DNA of 63,983 nt, the filler included, from Catajapyx aquilonaris (Eukaryota): NCBI GenBank assembly GCA_000934665.2. It is 3 parts of 3 records of this genome, joined end to end, with 100 filler letters (N's around TTAATTAATTAA, not from the genome) between each part and the next. Parts side by side here need not be neighbours in the genome. Positions count along the whole stretch, not along the records: positions 43,072 to 63,983 come from JYFJ02006163.1; 2 more parts are not named here. One strand, 5' to 3'. This document shows, in pieces, positions 51,236 through 63,199 of the stretch. A model generated the notes under the pieces. That model was not told the DNA's origin. It did not search any database and was given only the letters and a program-made list of their open reading frames with translations. Made by a program: the position numbers and the translations under genes. Positions within the stretch are counted from its first letter, which is position 1, and each line of letters opens with the position of its first letter.

Positions 51236-53500
51236 TCATTCTCGTTTTTGTTTTCCAGTGCCACAAACCCACTTGAACAATTTTTGAAGCACAAAGTACA
51301 GGGTAGCGAACACCATGGTGATCGCAATGGCGATAAAGGCAAGGACGTCGATTAAATATACTTGATATAGAGGCATGTTTCGGGCCGAAGAACGCATGTG
51401 TGCAGCGCCTTTATGACGGATGACATATTCCGTCCAAAAAATTGCTCGATTCAAAGGTGTTTCTGGCTGGTCTTTAAATATGCGTGAAAGTTCCGTAACT
51501 CGTTGCCGAAATCTGAAAAAGAACATTTTCCGATAATTAAACTATGTATGGAATTTTACCGAACTAGCACACCACAACGTAATAAGAGGAATCTTTAGAA
51601 AATAGGATTACAAGTTATACAGGGTGCTTGTTCATGAAAAACACCGACACACCTATATCACTCCCGACCTAGGGACCAGACGATCACATTATGTAGATGA
51701 GTGATTATTCCTGGGCCTTACCGCGCAAATTGCCTTCAAACAGGTAGTATCAAATATCCTGGAAGTTAGGCCACCCAACGAACCCTTCCCCAGTCAGAAG
51801 GGTCTGGAAGGTCTAGGGGCCGGACTTTGTTGGTTTGTTGCCCACAGGTGGTAAGGCCTCTATGGCTAGTTACACCTGTAAATTCTATTTAAAAGTCAGA
51901 AGGAGCGATTAGGCAAAAATCGCTAATCAGCAACGAGTCAATTATCTCAGTAATGAGGCAGTGTAGACATAATGACTCCTCTACATAAAATGACCCTCAC
52001 GTTACCATTGGCCACTGGTTATCAGTTTGTCGGTGTTTTTCATGAACACCCTGTATTCAATGAGTAAATTATAAACTTTTGTCACAAACCACTCGGCCAG
52101 TGTATAACTATTGCCTACTGACAATAAATGAAAAACAACAAAGAATCAAAAATTAATCAGTAATGTTAACGACTCAACTGCGGTTCAGTCAGAAGACGGC
52201 TTATGGCATGATGCAGTTGGTCCACAGCAACGTTCGCCATATCCAGTTGGAGAGCATACCCATCAAGTACAGCACGTGCTGCGTTGGCATGTTGGTCACC
52301 AAAAAATGGAAGCACCAACATAGGCACACCATGATATATGGCTTCCTGCTGTCCCAAAAGACCACCATGGGTGATAAACAAGCGACATTTTGGGTGTCCT
52401 GCAGGAAACAATAAAATATGGAATTGGTGAAATTTTTGCATGCTACATAAATTACCTAAAATATCCTGTTGAGGGAGCCATTTGCTGAGCTTGACATTTT
52501 TGGGCACATCAACTCCTTCCATGGTCTCCGTCTCCCATTTCCACAGAACTCTCTCCTTTAGTTTACTGAACACGTTGAGATAAGCGTCTCGTATTTTGGG
52601 ATCCATGTCACTTCCTTTGATAACGCTTCCAAAGCTGAAGTAAATAAATCCACTGGAACTTTCCACAAATTCCAACAGCGAATCAGGAAGAGTCTGTGAA
52701 GCTTTGCAATGAATTCCGCCAACTTCGATCAGTCCTGGCAGCCAAGCACGAGGAAGCTCAAATGAGAAATGCTGGTTGCTCATGATCAAACTGATGTTAC
52801 GCTCCATGTCCTCCATAGAAGGAATGTCTTCTCCTAGGTACCGTTTCATGAGCTTATCTTCCTTGGGGAAGGCGTAAAAATTTCTCATCGCATCAGCGCC
52901 ATTAGTAAGCAAAAAGTTGTACAGTCGCTGGCAAAATGTCATATCCCGTGAAAATACATTAAAAATGGACGGTACTATGGAGGACGGAAGGGGGAGTCTA
53001 GTTGGTATTGAGTGCCAAGCTATAAAGGTGCCGGTGTGCAGATATCCAAAAGGGACTTGCATACGGTACGCCATACCCACAGCACAATCATTTTGTAAGC
53101 CGTCAATCAAAATAAAGTCAAATTTGGACTTCATCACTTCTTGCATTTCTGGGCTTTTCAAAAAAACCTCGCACATTTCCATAGTAGCGTCGAGCAGGCC
53201 TTTGATAATGTCATACTTGGTAGGAAAGTCTGGTGTTTCGAAGCGCTTCAAAACAATGGGCAAAGTAGACAAGACCTGTTTTGGATTCACCTCATGGAGT
53301 CCCGCTACATCGCGTGATTTTGGTATACAGGTCATCATGGTCACTTGATGATCACGGGCAACCAGACCGTCTGCTAGGGAATCAAATACATTCTTGTGAC
53401 TTTTGGATCCGAAATACATCACCATCAGAATATTGGCTGAGTCCACTCCAGCCGTTAGGCAGACCAGGCAGAAGAAGGTGGTGAAAGGACCTAGCTTCAT
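51236..53500 (-). CDS. UDP-glycosyltransferase (GT1 family), 3 exons
   Basis: Exons 53500-52456, 52398-52179 and 51512-51236. Signal peptide, GSKSHKN, WLPQQDILGH, FITHGGLLGQQEAIYHGVPMLVLPFFGDQ, TM helix, KQKRE*. Confidence 0.95.
51620..52053. mobile_element. Tc1/mariner MITE in the last intron of a UGT
   Basis: TA|CAGGGTG..TTCATGAAAAACACCGACA ... TGTCGGTGTTTTTCATGAACACCCTG|TA. Shares the subterminal block AATTATCTCAGTAATGAGGC with the 48816 element. Confidence 0.8.
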
Positions 53501-54836
53501 GATGGCAGTGCTGCAATATTATTGACGTGTCTCAAGTATATACTGGAGGGTTTTGTAGGATGGTCAGATAAGCCTTATCGCATACCATTGAAAAGTTATG
53601 TAACGATTCCACACGTCGGGTATGTTTGAACCATTCTGGTAGGTAAGCAATGCCGGCGATAAAAATTACAATGGCAACATTAGTCTAGAACGTGGTCTAG
53701 AACTCATAAATAGCTGGAGTTGGTTGCAATAGGGCTATTGATGATCCAGGGGCATGGGGGAGAGAGTGGGCTTCTTTAGCTACTTTCAGGTTATGAGGTC
53801 TGTGTCAACATCTGTAGGCCTATAGTAGCCTATAGTATATAAAAAATAACACTACCCTGCAATGATTTTGCGGCAAGGGTTTTTTTGATGGGTGATCTAA
53901 TCTAACCCTAAAGGCCTGTTTACGCCCTCACGATGTGGGCCAAAGTCGCGCGAACGACTTTTCTGTCGGCATACGAATCGCAGCATGCGTTTACGCCATT
54001 CCGACTAGCATCATGTTGCACATGTGCGAAGTCGCACAGCCAGCAGCTGTCCCTTTCCCCTCCTCACCCCTGGATAATAAGTCGAGAGCGCTGATTTCCG
54101 ATTTGCTTTCCATTTCCCCCTGTTATGTAAGGTTTCATTGGTCTGAAAATGGGATAAATCAATTGAACCGTGGAAATCAAAACCGCGCTATGTTGCATTT
54201 TCAAGATTTGCGAATCTCGACCTTATTAAACGAAGCCCATAATAACGAAAATACGGATCGCACATATGTGGTATTGGTATCCACTGAAAGATTTGCCGAA
54301 ACTGTCGACATACCACGTGGTCCGACCCCTGCGAGTTAAACGACGACTGAATGGCAAGCGACAGTTGCCCCCNGCCCCCCCCGCAGAGGCCCAAAAAAAC
54401 ATAGCGCGGTTTTGATTTCCACACCGCCGTGGAACGTAAAACCTCACTATGTTGAGCGAAAATCAAATTTATGATGCATGAAACTCGCAATTATGATTCG
54501 CGAGTGCGGGTAACATAGTTCCGGCGAAACTGAACCGATACCAGGTGGTTCGACGCTCGTAGCTCAAGCAGAAGCCGTACAATGAGCGGCAGTAGTACAC
54601 CCCCCACCTGCAACATACCCCGAACATAGCGCGGTTTTACGTTCCATGGAATATCGAATGAAAGGAAGCGCACGGAATCTAGGTACATTGCTGGGTTCTC
54701 GATTTCTTCGGTCCAGTGGCACATGATGCGGTGTTTTAAATACGTAGAGGTGTGTCGCATATTACCCCCCCCCCGTGTGTTCGTGGTCTGATAATGTATG
54801 TCTGCACAATGAATCTCTCTAAGTGTAACGTACGCA

Positions 54837-54990
54837 GGGGAGGCGGAGTGGCGCTGCAGTAACGTATGTGCCCACGGATGTAAGGGTCACGGGTTCGATA
54901 CCAAGCCCGGGCATTCCCCCCCTTTCATCTCGTGCGGAGTTCGGGATTCGTCTTGGGTGGGATTTCCGCTAGACTAACCACTCCCGCTCA
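54837..54990 (+). mobile_element. SINE family D 5' fragment
   Basis: tRNA-like head with B box GGTTCGATACC and the same core as the 40140-40283 copy. Confidence 0.7.
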
Positions 54991-55704
54991 CGCCCGCTCC
55001 CAAAATGACCTTCGTAAACGACAATTCCCTCCCTGTCACCTCGCCCATGGACCAGGGCGTCAAACGTTGGAACATGGTTCGACGAACTCAGGTACTTGTT
55101 CGTTGCTAGTGGCAATAATAGTCCGGGCCCTAAGTGTTTTAACTTTGCACTTTGTTGGCACACATGTTCCCTGGGCCTGTAAGAGCCATTTGAGAGTTGG
55201 CGGCACCTGAAGTTATGCGGTGTTGCCAAGAATGCCAACCCATGAGGCGCAAAACATGGAAATGTCCTAAAAGTCGGATAAAACCGCATGAAAATGATGG
55301 AAAATGATACAGATCCACTCTTCCAGCACTCTGCCGATGTATTACAAGGTACGTAATGAGGTGGCACCTGTCCACAACGGACCCTGAGTATAGCGAAAAC
55401 CTGTCAATTGCGGAATTTTCTGGAAACTGGGGTATATGCAGAGAGCCCCCCCCCCCCCTCCTATTGATCTAAGGGACCCATCAGGTGCCTCCAACTCTAA
55501 AATGATTCCTTAAGGCCTAGAGAATGTAGTGATAGGCCTTGGCAAGGCCCGTGAGCGGCCCTCGAACAGGCCCTCTGAGTAACACACACGTCCTGACTTT
55601 GTGAACTCTAAGTGTTTACTACTGAATGTCAACAATGCCAGTTGACAACCTGATAGTCAGCATGCCAACTGGCTAACAATACATCTCCCCCTTTTAGCGG
55701 GGAA

Positions 55705-56078
55705 TCACATAATACATCTCCCCCTATTTGGCGGCGGGCGACCCGTGGATCTAGGCTGCATCAGGGATGTCCTCTTCAGCACCTTCTTGATGACCACGTC
55801 CTTTTCGTCGACCTTCAGGTGGTCAGTGGTGTAGTCCAGGTGGTCCTTCAGGATACAGCCGGACTGCTCCGTCTGGGGGGCGATGGCCTCCAACATGTAC
55901 CTGCGGTAAGGGACACAGTGGCTGTCGCGTAGGTCCTTTGCGCCTTACCTTGGAGAGTAGACTGCTGTTGCTTGACGGACAGCCTGGCCTGAGTGACGGC
56001 GCACTGTTCGGCCGCTGGCTTGCTGGATAGATCTGACAGTAGGGGTAGACTCGGCTCACCCCGCTGCTGCTGCTCTTA
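55705..56078 (-). pseudogene. Unidentified two-exon gene fragment
   Basis: GC-rich exon-like blocks 56078-55949 and 55900-55705 are separated by a 48-nt gtaagg...ccgcag intron. The spliced frame reads ...QATAVYSPRYMLEAIAPQTEQSGCILKDHLDYTTDHLKVDEKDVVIKKVLKRTSL, with an in-frame TGA earlier in the first block. Confidence 0.35.
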
Positions 56079-56630
56079 CTACAGAGAACGTATGAGCCAA
56101 GTGGCACCTTCTTATCACAAAATGCAAAGTTAAACAAGATTGGCAAATCACGTGAGCGTGATTAGGGTAGGTAGACTTTTTCATGTTTACTGCTCTTGTC
56201 CCCAACGTCTGTCAAGGACTGGGACTGAAACTTACTTTCGGCCAAAAGTGGACTTACCCTGTTACTCCTTCCTTCTCCTACCCCGACAGCTGGGCTTTCC
56301 CGTTTAAAAAATCTCTCCTAGCAAACCCATCTTTTATACCTTTTTTCATCCATCGTCCGTTCGTCCGTCTGTGGACAGGTATCAGGTATCATGGGGTAGG
56401 AGGAGGGAGGGGGGAAATGGTGATCTGGGGAGGGGCGGTGGGGGGACTGGTATAATTTCCGACATTCCATTTGTTCCCAGTTCAGATTCAAATCTTTACC
56501 TGGAAAGCGTTGATTATTCAACAATAGACTTATATCTCTGAGAAATATGTGATCAAATTCAGGAGTTTCTTTTTTCAATTCATTTTCTCATCCAGTTTGG
56601 AACGAGCCACTGAGTTGTTAAGTTCATTAA

Positions 56631-57100
56631 CCCTTAACTACGTAGGTGGGCGAAACACCTTTAACTACGTAGGTGGAGCCTGAGAGGCTCCAACGGTATA
56701 TTTAAATTTATGCTTATCAACTAAATTGTTATATTGGACTTTTCACATACAGAAAGTGCAGTTCAGATCATTAGGCTTCCGAAAACGTAAAAATCACACG
56801 CTGAGTCAGCATATTCCGACAGGGAAAATTTTTTAATTAAAAGGTTACATCAACAACTTTGAGCCGCTCTGGCTTCACCTGCATAGGGATAACCTGAGTG
56901 GTTAGAGGGACCTGCTCCTCGTTACGAATTTTTTAAAACCAAAGAATAGGGACTAAAAAAATTTTTATTTCCTTTTCATGCTTAGGAAGGTTTTTCTGAC
57001 AAAGTCACGGAAGGAGAGTGGAAAATAAAATTCAATGAAAAAGTTACATGCGTTTAAATAGTGCTTGGAGCCTCTCAGGCTCCACCTACGTAGTTAAGGG
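56631..57100. mobile_element. piggyBac-type MITE (copy 2), inserted just downstream of the GTF2H3 stop codon
   Basis: Same TIRs and body as 4087-4559. TTAA TSD at 56627-56630 and 57101-57104. Confidence 0.9.
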
Positions 57101-57107
57101 TTAAGTG

Positions 57108-58716
57108 CTAATGCTTGATATGCTTCTTCTTCTTCGGCTTCAGAATAGGCAATGTTCCCTTCACATTAAACACGGTCCTGCAAAACATAACCATTAGTTG
57201 TGTTAATTGCGATCAAATTTTGCAGTTACTTACAGGCAGGTGGTGCAAATAGGACAGAACTTGCAGAAAACTGTGAATGAAATGAACATTATTTTTCAGT
57301 ACAGAATTTTAGGTACGCCATCCTCAAATACACTCATTGGACAGGCAGATGGAGCAGACAAATCCAATGTCGATTAGTTTCCTATGGCAGAAGCAAGCGG
57401 CCCTATAGTCGACTCTTAGTGGCGGAGGCATAACCATTCTGTCTCTCTGCAGCTGTGCGGACGGCAGGAACACCCACAGCAAGTACTGGAGGAGCCCCTT
57501 GGGCCGTGGTGGTCGCAGGTAAATGCTGCCTGAGATGTCGCAGCCTTGTTGCATCAACCCCGAGTCAGTCATGCCAATCACGCAGCAATCACAACCGACA
57601 TCTTCTGGGCCGTGAAGAAGCAGTTCATGAACGTGATGTACTGAGCCGGACAGTCCGGTCCGCCTGTTAGGACCAGGATGTGTCCAGATTGCTTTGTGTG
57701 GAGGATCTGGCCATCGGACGGAGCGACGGACAAGCGGTTGATGTACGCTAGTGAGTGAGCAAGCGCACCGGCCAATAGGGAGTACTGGCTCTTCGGTGTC
57801 TTCTCCGTCAGCATGAGCGCCTGTGCGAGAATACATTTCATGCTTTACTTGTGGTGCGCAACTATTATTATTATTTTTAATAAATATATGTATATACCCA
57901 GTGATAGGGCCATAGGCCCTTATAGGGGAGTGGAATCCCACAATTTTCCTTCAATTTTCTATTTTTCTTCTAATTTTCCAGTGCAAGGAGGAAAGGACAT
58001 GGGGTAAGGGTAGGGATTTTTGGGGAGGGAACATAGGTGCAAGTGCAATGTCTACAAATGGGTCATCTGTTGTTCCCCAGGAGGTTAGGTTGCCAGACAC
58101 CTCCTTGGTGCAGGTCAGAGACCCTCCTGACGCAGGTGAAAGGAAAGTTCCCCAGGCGGGGATCGAACCTGGGGCATTTCACTCAGCAAGCCGAGACATT
58201 ACCATCTCGGCCATCTACACCTCCCCCGCAACTATTACTTGGCAATGTATTTGCCTGTATCTCTTCGGTGACGATGGCTTCAACGTTAGCGAACTCCTCG
58301 TACTGCCCGTCCTCCCTCCTGTTGTGTCCATGCCCTTGCTCCGTGTCGCTGTCCCGGCCTGGGAAGACCATCCGTACTGTGTTGCTGAGTGCTGCGAACA
58401 CGGCCACCTGGTTCCGGCTGGACAGCAGCAGATGCGGGTTGGCAAATGCCACGACCGTCCTGGTGACGAAGGTCAGCTGGCTGGGGTCCTCGCACAGGTA
58501 GGGCTGCCCAGGTCTGACGTCCACCACCACCACCAGGAGCTCGCCATTGTTGCTCGGAGGGTCTGGGTCAGCTGGAGGGACTGGGGGACATACACACAGG
58601 TTAAGGCGGATTGCCATCTCCCTGATTCCCTTGGTCTTACCTGCACCCGCCTGCACCCTTTTTCGTGGCGTCCTGAACGCTCATCCTCTTCCCTGTTCGA
58701 TCCCAGCTGTCGGCAT
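57108..58716 (-). pseudogene. GTF2H3: TFIIH subunit p34 (TFB4), probably disabled copy
   Basis: Exons approx. 58716-58641 (uncertain), 58571-58255, 57820-57338, 57270-57234 and 57177-57108. Motifs [92 protein letters not shown]. Lesions: frameshift near 57587, AT instead of GT donor at 57337, GC donor at 58254, possible TGA at 58683-58681. Confidence 0.85.
57868..58226 (-). mobile_element. tRNA-derived SINE family B in a GTF2H3 intron
   Basis: tRNA-like head (B box GGTTCGATCCC), AT-rich tail, 11-bp TSD CGCAACTATTA at 57857-57867 and 58227-58237. Second copy at about 63200-63556. Confidence 0.85.
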
Positions 58717-59984
58717 GACTCTAAATCGACGCAAACTTATCGAAATCGATCAAAATCTGATCGCAAACGACCCATCAGCATGTGGAAGCAGCGGCCATCT
58801 TTGATCTAGTATTTAGAGAGGACACAGAGGTTGGCCACACTGGCCAATAGTTGGCGCCACCTTTTACGCGCGCGATTCAAAAATGTAATGCCATATGATT
58901 CATTTGCATGATTGCTAATTAATATTACAAGTACTTAATGGCGAATTACATTGGATTTTCTATGGTTGGTTCATGACCTCAGTAATTTCTACAAATGTTC
59001 AGTGAACATCTGCTGTACGTTGTAATTTCTTGAAATTATTGTTTGATGCGACATATTTATCCATGTGCTGATTGTTAATTACTATAAAATTATCATAATC
59101 AAGTACTCTGTATTGTGTATTCATTTGAAGGACAAATTGACAATAAGGCATCATTGTTCACTTGATCGCTGAAGCTTTGTGCATTTATATCTTGAAACTG
59201 TTAAATTTTAATACACATTTATCCATGAATTGATTATCATTTACTATATAATAAATTATACAGTGTTTTGTATGTCTATTATCATGCACTCACTTCACGG
59301 ACATATTGACAATAATCTAATGACGTTCACAATCGTTGAACAATTCTGTTACTGGAGATAAATAAGATCTTGTAATTCTTCAGGCGCAAGTTGTTCGAAC
59401 AAAATGAAACACACTTGTTTTCTCCTATTTTTTAAAACTATTTCACATCGTTAAAAAGGGTTTTTTTTCTATTTAAACTCTATAATAGAGCATAACGTAC
59501 ATAGCAATAGAGCAACGATCTACATCATCATCAATTATACTTCTCATAAAACGTTAAATTATGTACAATGGAATCTTTCACTTATCGAATTTGTCCAAAC
59601 TCGGGATATTTTTTACTCTTTCGGGTTAAACTCTGGAGTTATACCATATTTTTTCACATTTTTTTAAAAAAATCGTTTTTTCTATTTTATCCTGTCTTGT
59701 ATTTGCTTTCCCAGGTATTGTGTACGAAAATATGCCCAATTGGTTAGGGTTTTTGGAAAAATCAGTTTGTTCTTCATATGTGTTGTGTGTGTGTGTGGGG
59801 GGGGGGGAGCCGAGTTAAGGGGGAGAAGGGAGGGTTTCTTCAAAAAATCAGCGCCACAACCCAGCTACAGGTACAAATGCCGCTAAAAATAATTCGAAGC
59901 GAAAATGCAGAGGGGATGGGGGGAATAATAATCATCTTCATACTTTGAGGTTATAATTTTTCTGTGTCAAATCTCGATCCTCGG

Positions 59985-62710
59985 TGCATACTTCCAATAC
60001 ATCAGCAGTTGTGCCATGCTGCACCATTGTTGTTGACTTGTTGTGGTAGTCAAGACTCAAGGTGGTATCCAATGTAAACTGAACCCGATAAATTCAGTGT
60101 TGGACGATATTTCAAATAGGATGGACGGGTACGTTCATGCCTCCAATACATCAGCATTTGTGCCATCTTCGTCAAGAGTGTCTTCAATTGGTCTTCAATG
60201 CAAACTGGACCCAAGAAGGTCAGTGATCGACGAGATTTCAAGTAGGGCGGACGGGTACGTGCATACTTCCAATAATAATATTAATAATTCATACCCCGTT
60301 ATCAGACATCGGCTCTTTAGGGGGGAAGTTTGTTTTGCCTGGAACTCTTTGCCTTCATTTTACTGTGCTCTTTGGGATAGGATAGGGGCGGAAGGAAGCG
60401 GCTGTGGCCTATTAATTACGGAAGCAACTCCGGAATTTTCCTGGGAGGACCGTGGGAAGCCACAGAAAACCACGGTCAATGTTGCCGGCCCCGGGATTTG
60501 ATCCCAGGACGTCCCGATTAGCAGTCGGACACCATATCCCCTCCTCCAAACTGCTTCGGTCCATATTTCCAATACACCAGCAGTTGTGGCATCCTGCACC
60601 ATTGTTGTGGTAGTCAAGACTCAAGATGGTATCCAATGTAAACTCAAACCGATAAAATCAGTATTCGACAATATTTCAAGTAGGACGGACGGGCACATTC
60701 ATGCCTCCAATTCATCAGCAGTTGTGCCATCTTCGACCATGGTTGTGATCGTCAAGAGTGTCTTCAACTTGGTCTTCAATGCAAACTGGACTCAAGAAGG
60801 GCAGTGTTCGACTAGATTTCAAGTAGGACGGACGGGTACGTGCATACTTCCAATAATAATAACAATAATAATTCATACCCCGTTATCAGCCATCGGCTCT
60901 TTAGGGGGGAAGTTTGTTTTGCCTGGAACTCTTTGCTTTCATTTTACTGTGCTCTTTGGGATAGGATAGGGGCGGAATAAGCGGCTGTGGCCTATTAGTT
61001 ACGGAAGCAACTCCGAAATATTCCTGGAAGGACCGTGGGAAACCACAGAAAACTACGGTCAGAGTTTCCGGCCCCGGGATTTGATACCAGGACCTCCCCA
61101 TTAGCAGTCGGACACCATATCCCCTCCTCCTAACTGCTTCGGTGCATATTTTTAATAAATCAGCAGTTGTGCCAACCTGTACCATTGTTGTGGTAGTCAA
61201 GACTCAAGATGGTATCCAATGTAAACTGAACCTGATAAATTCAGTGTTGTACAATATTTCAAGTAAGACGGACGTGCACATTCATGCCTCCAATACATCA
61301 GCAGTTGTGCCATCTTCGATCATGGTTGTGATCGCCATGAGTGTCTTCAACTTGGTCTTCAACGCAAATTGGACCCAAGAAGGTCAGTGTTCGACGCCAT
61401 TGTTGATCGTCGAAGTCATGTGCCTCCAATGTATGGCTGCCCATCCGCCGCGCCCCTCCTTGGATCCGATGGCCGAGGAACAGACGAAGGCTTGCTCCGC
61501 CGCACTGCCTACTCTACTCCCTCGATGGACCCTACGAGGTCAGGTAGGACTGCAACGCTTTGATTCTAAGGTTGGGAGTTAGTTATAGGTTCTCCACCTC
61601 TGAAGTTGCTGGAGAATGTTGCCTCGATTGTTGGTTCCAACTGGTTACTGCTCACTAAATAGATTTTTAGGGGTAAGCCATTGCGATCCTCTCCCCCTAC
61701 CCATTCTTGGACAGTGCACCACCTTGATCACCACCTTGATCACCACCTTGAAGGAAACCACAGAAAACCACGGTCAGTGTTGCCGGCCCCGGGATTTGAT
61801 ACCAGGACCTCCCGATTAGAAGTCGGACACCATATCCCCTCCTCCAAACTGCTTCGGTGCATATTTCCAATACATCAGCAGTTGTGGCATCCTGCACCAT
61901 TGTTGTGGTAGTCAAGACTCAAAATGGTATCCAATGTAAACTGAACCTGATAAATTCAGTGTTGTACGATATTTCAAGTAGGACGGACGTGCACATACAT
62001 GAATCCAATACATCAGCAGTTGTGCCATCTTCGATCATGGTTGTGATCGTCAAGAGTGTCTTCAACTTCGTCCTCAATGCAAACTGGACCCAAGATTCGA
62101 CGAGATTTCAAGTAGGGTGGACGGGTACGTGCATACTACCAATACATTAGCAGTTCCGCCATCCTCGACCATTGTTGTGATCGTCAAGAGGGTCTCCAAT
62201 GTAAACAAGACCCCAGAATGTGTACGACGAGATTTCGAGAAGGACAGCCGGGTATGTTCATATTTCCAATACCGGTACATCAGCTATTGAGCCATCCTGG
62301 GACAATAATTGTTTATCGTAGTAATGTGTCTCCAACGTGTAAACATTACATCAACAGGTGATTCATCCTCGCCATTGTTGATCGTCGAAGTCATGTGTCT
62401 CCAATGTATGGCTGCCCATCCGCCGTTACCCCTCCTTGGATCCGATGGTCGAGGAACAGACGAAGGCTTGGTCCGACGCACAGCCTACTCTACTCACTCG
62501 ATTGACCCTACGAGGTCAGGTAGGACTGCAACGCTTTGATTCTAAGGTTGGGAGTTAGTTATAGATTCTCCTTCTCTGAAGTTTCTGGAGAATGTTGCCT
62601 CGATTGATGGTTCCAAGTGGTTGCTGCTCACTAAAGAGATTTTTAGGGGTAAGCCATTGCGAACCTCTCCCCCTACCCTTTCTTGGACAGTGCACCACGT
62701 TGATCACTGG
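59985..62710. repeat. Hierarchical tandem repeat (~138-nt monomer) with co-amplified SINE A copies
   Basis: Monomers start at about 59987, 60136, 60562, 60700, 61145, 61283, 61860, 61997 and 62132. SINE A (-) lies at about 60275-60558 and 60856-61142, with a partial copy at 61755-61857. The block 61394-61725 is duplicated at 62369-62707. Confidence 0.9.
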
Positions 62711-63199
62711 ACACAATGCAGAGAACACCATTCCATTATTTTCTTCTACGAGAATAATTTTGTTTACAACAATAGCATTGTAACACTTCAAGTCACCTAC
62801 GAAAAGGGTCTATCGTGAAATGTTTTCACGAGGCACTGACGCTGCACTTATTGCTCTACACAGCAGTATCTACACCTGATAATTTATTATAATGGGATCC
62901 TCTAGCACGATGGTGCATAAGTGGAGACAAAAGAAACGGATCGCGAAGAGAACTGACGGTGCTGAGTCGGAGAGAAGAATGAGTACAACTTGATGAGGTG
63001 TACTGCCAGGCTATACTCATCAGCCTCGACACAATAACTTAGCAGGCATTATTATAGGGTAAACCTATATACACGGTGCATGTTAAGGCGAATAAGAGGC
63101 GAGTGAATCTTATTGGCAGGAGGCCGAATGTGCGAAAGGCCTTCTTCTGTACATCCTTTCAAAGACACGTGTCATCGCGTCTCTACAATTTATATATAT

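Noticed and set aside
57271..57337. U12-type AT-AC intron in GTF2H3
   Set aside because: Starts ATGAGT rather than ATATCCT and ends in AG. More consistent with a mutated GTGAGT donor.
58037..58809. 253-aa and 154-aa plus-strand ORFs
   Set aside because: Antisense shadows of a SINE plus GC-rich GTF2H3 exons.
61440..61560. HDV-like or hammerhead ribozyme in the duplicated GC-rich block (and at the 24.7-kb hairpin)
   Set aside because: I could not assemble the P1-P4 double pseudoknot or a CTGANGA...GAAA core by eye. An Infernal/RNArobo search would be decisive.
59985..62710. CRISPR-like array
   Set aside because: Units are long and similar throughout, with no unique spacers and no cas genes, in a eukaryotic context.
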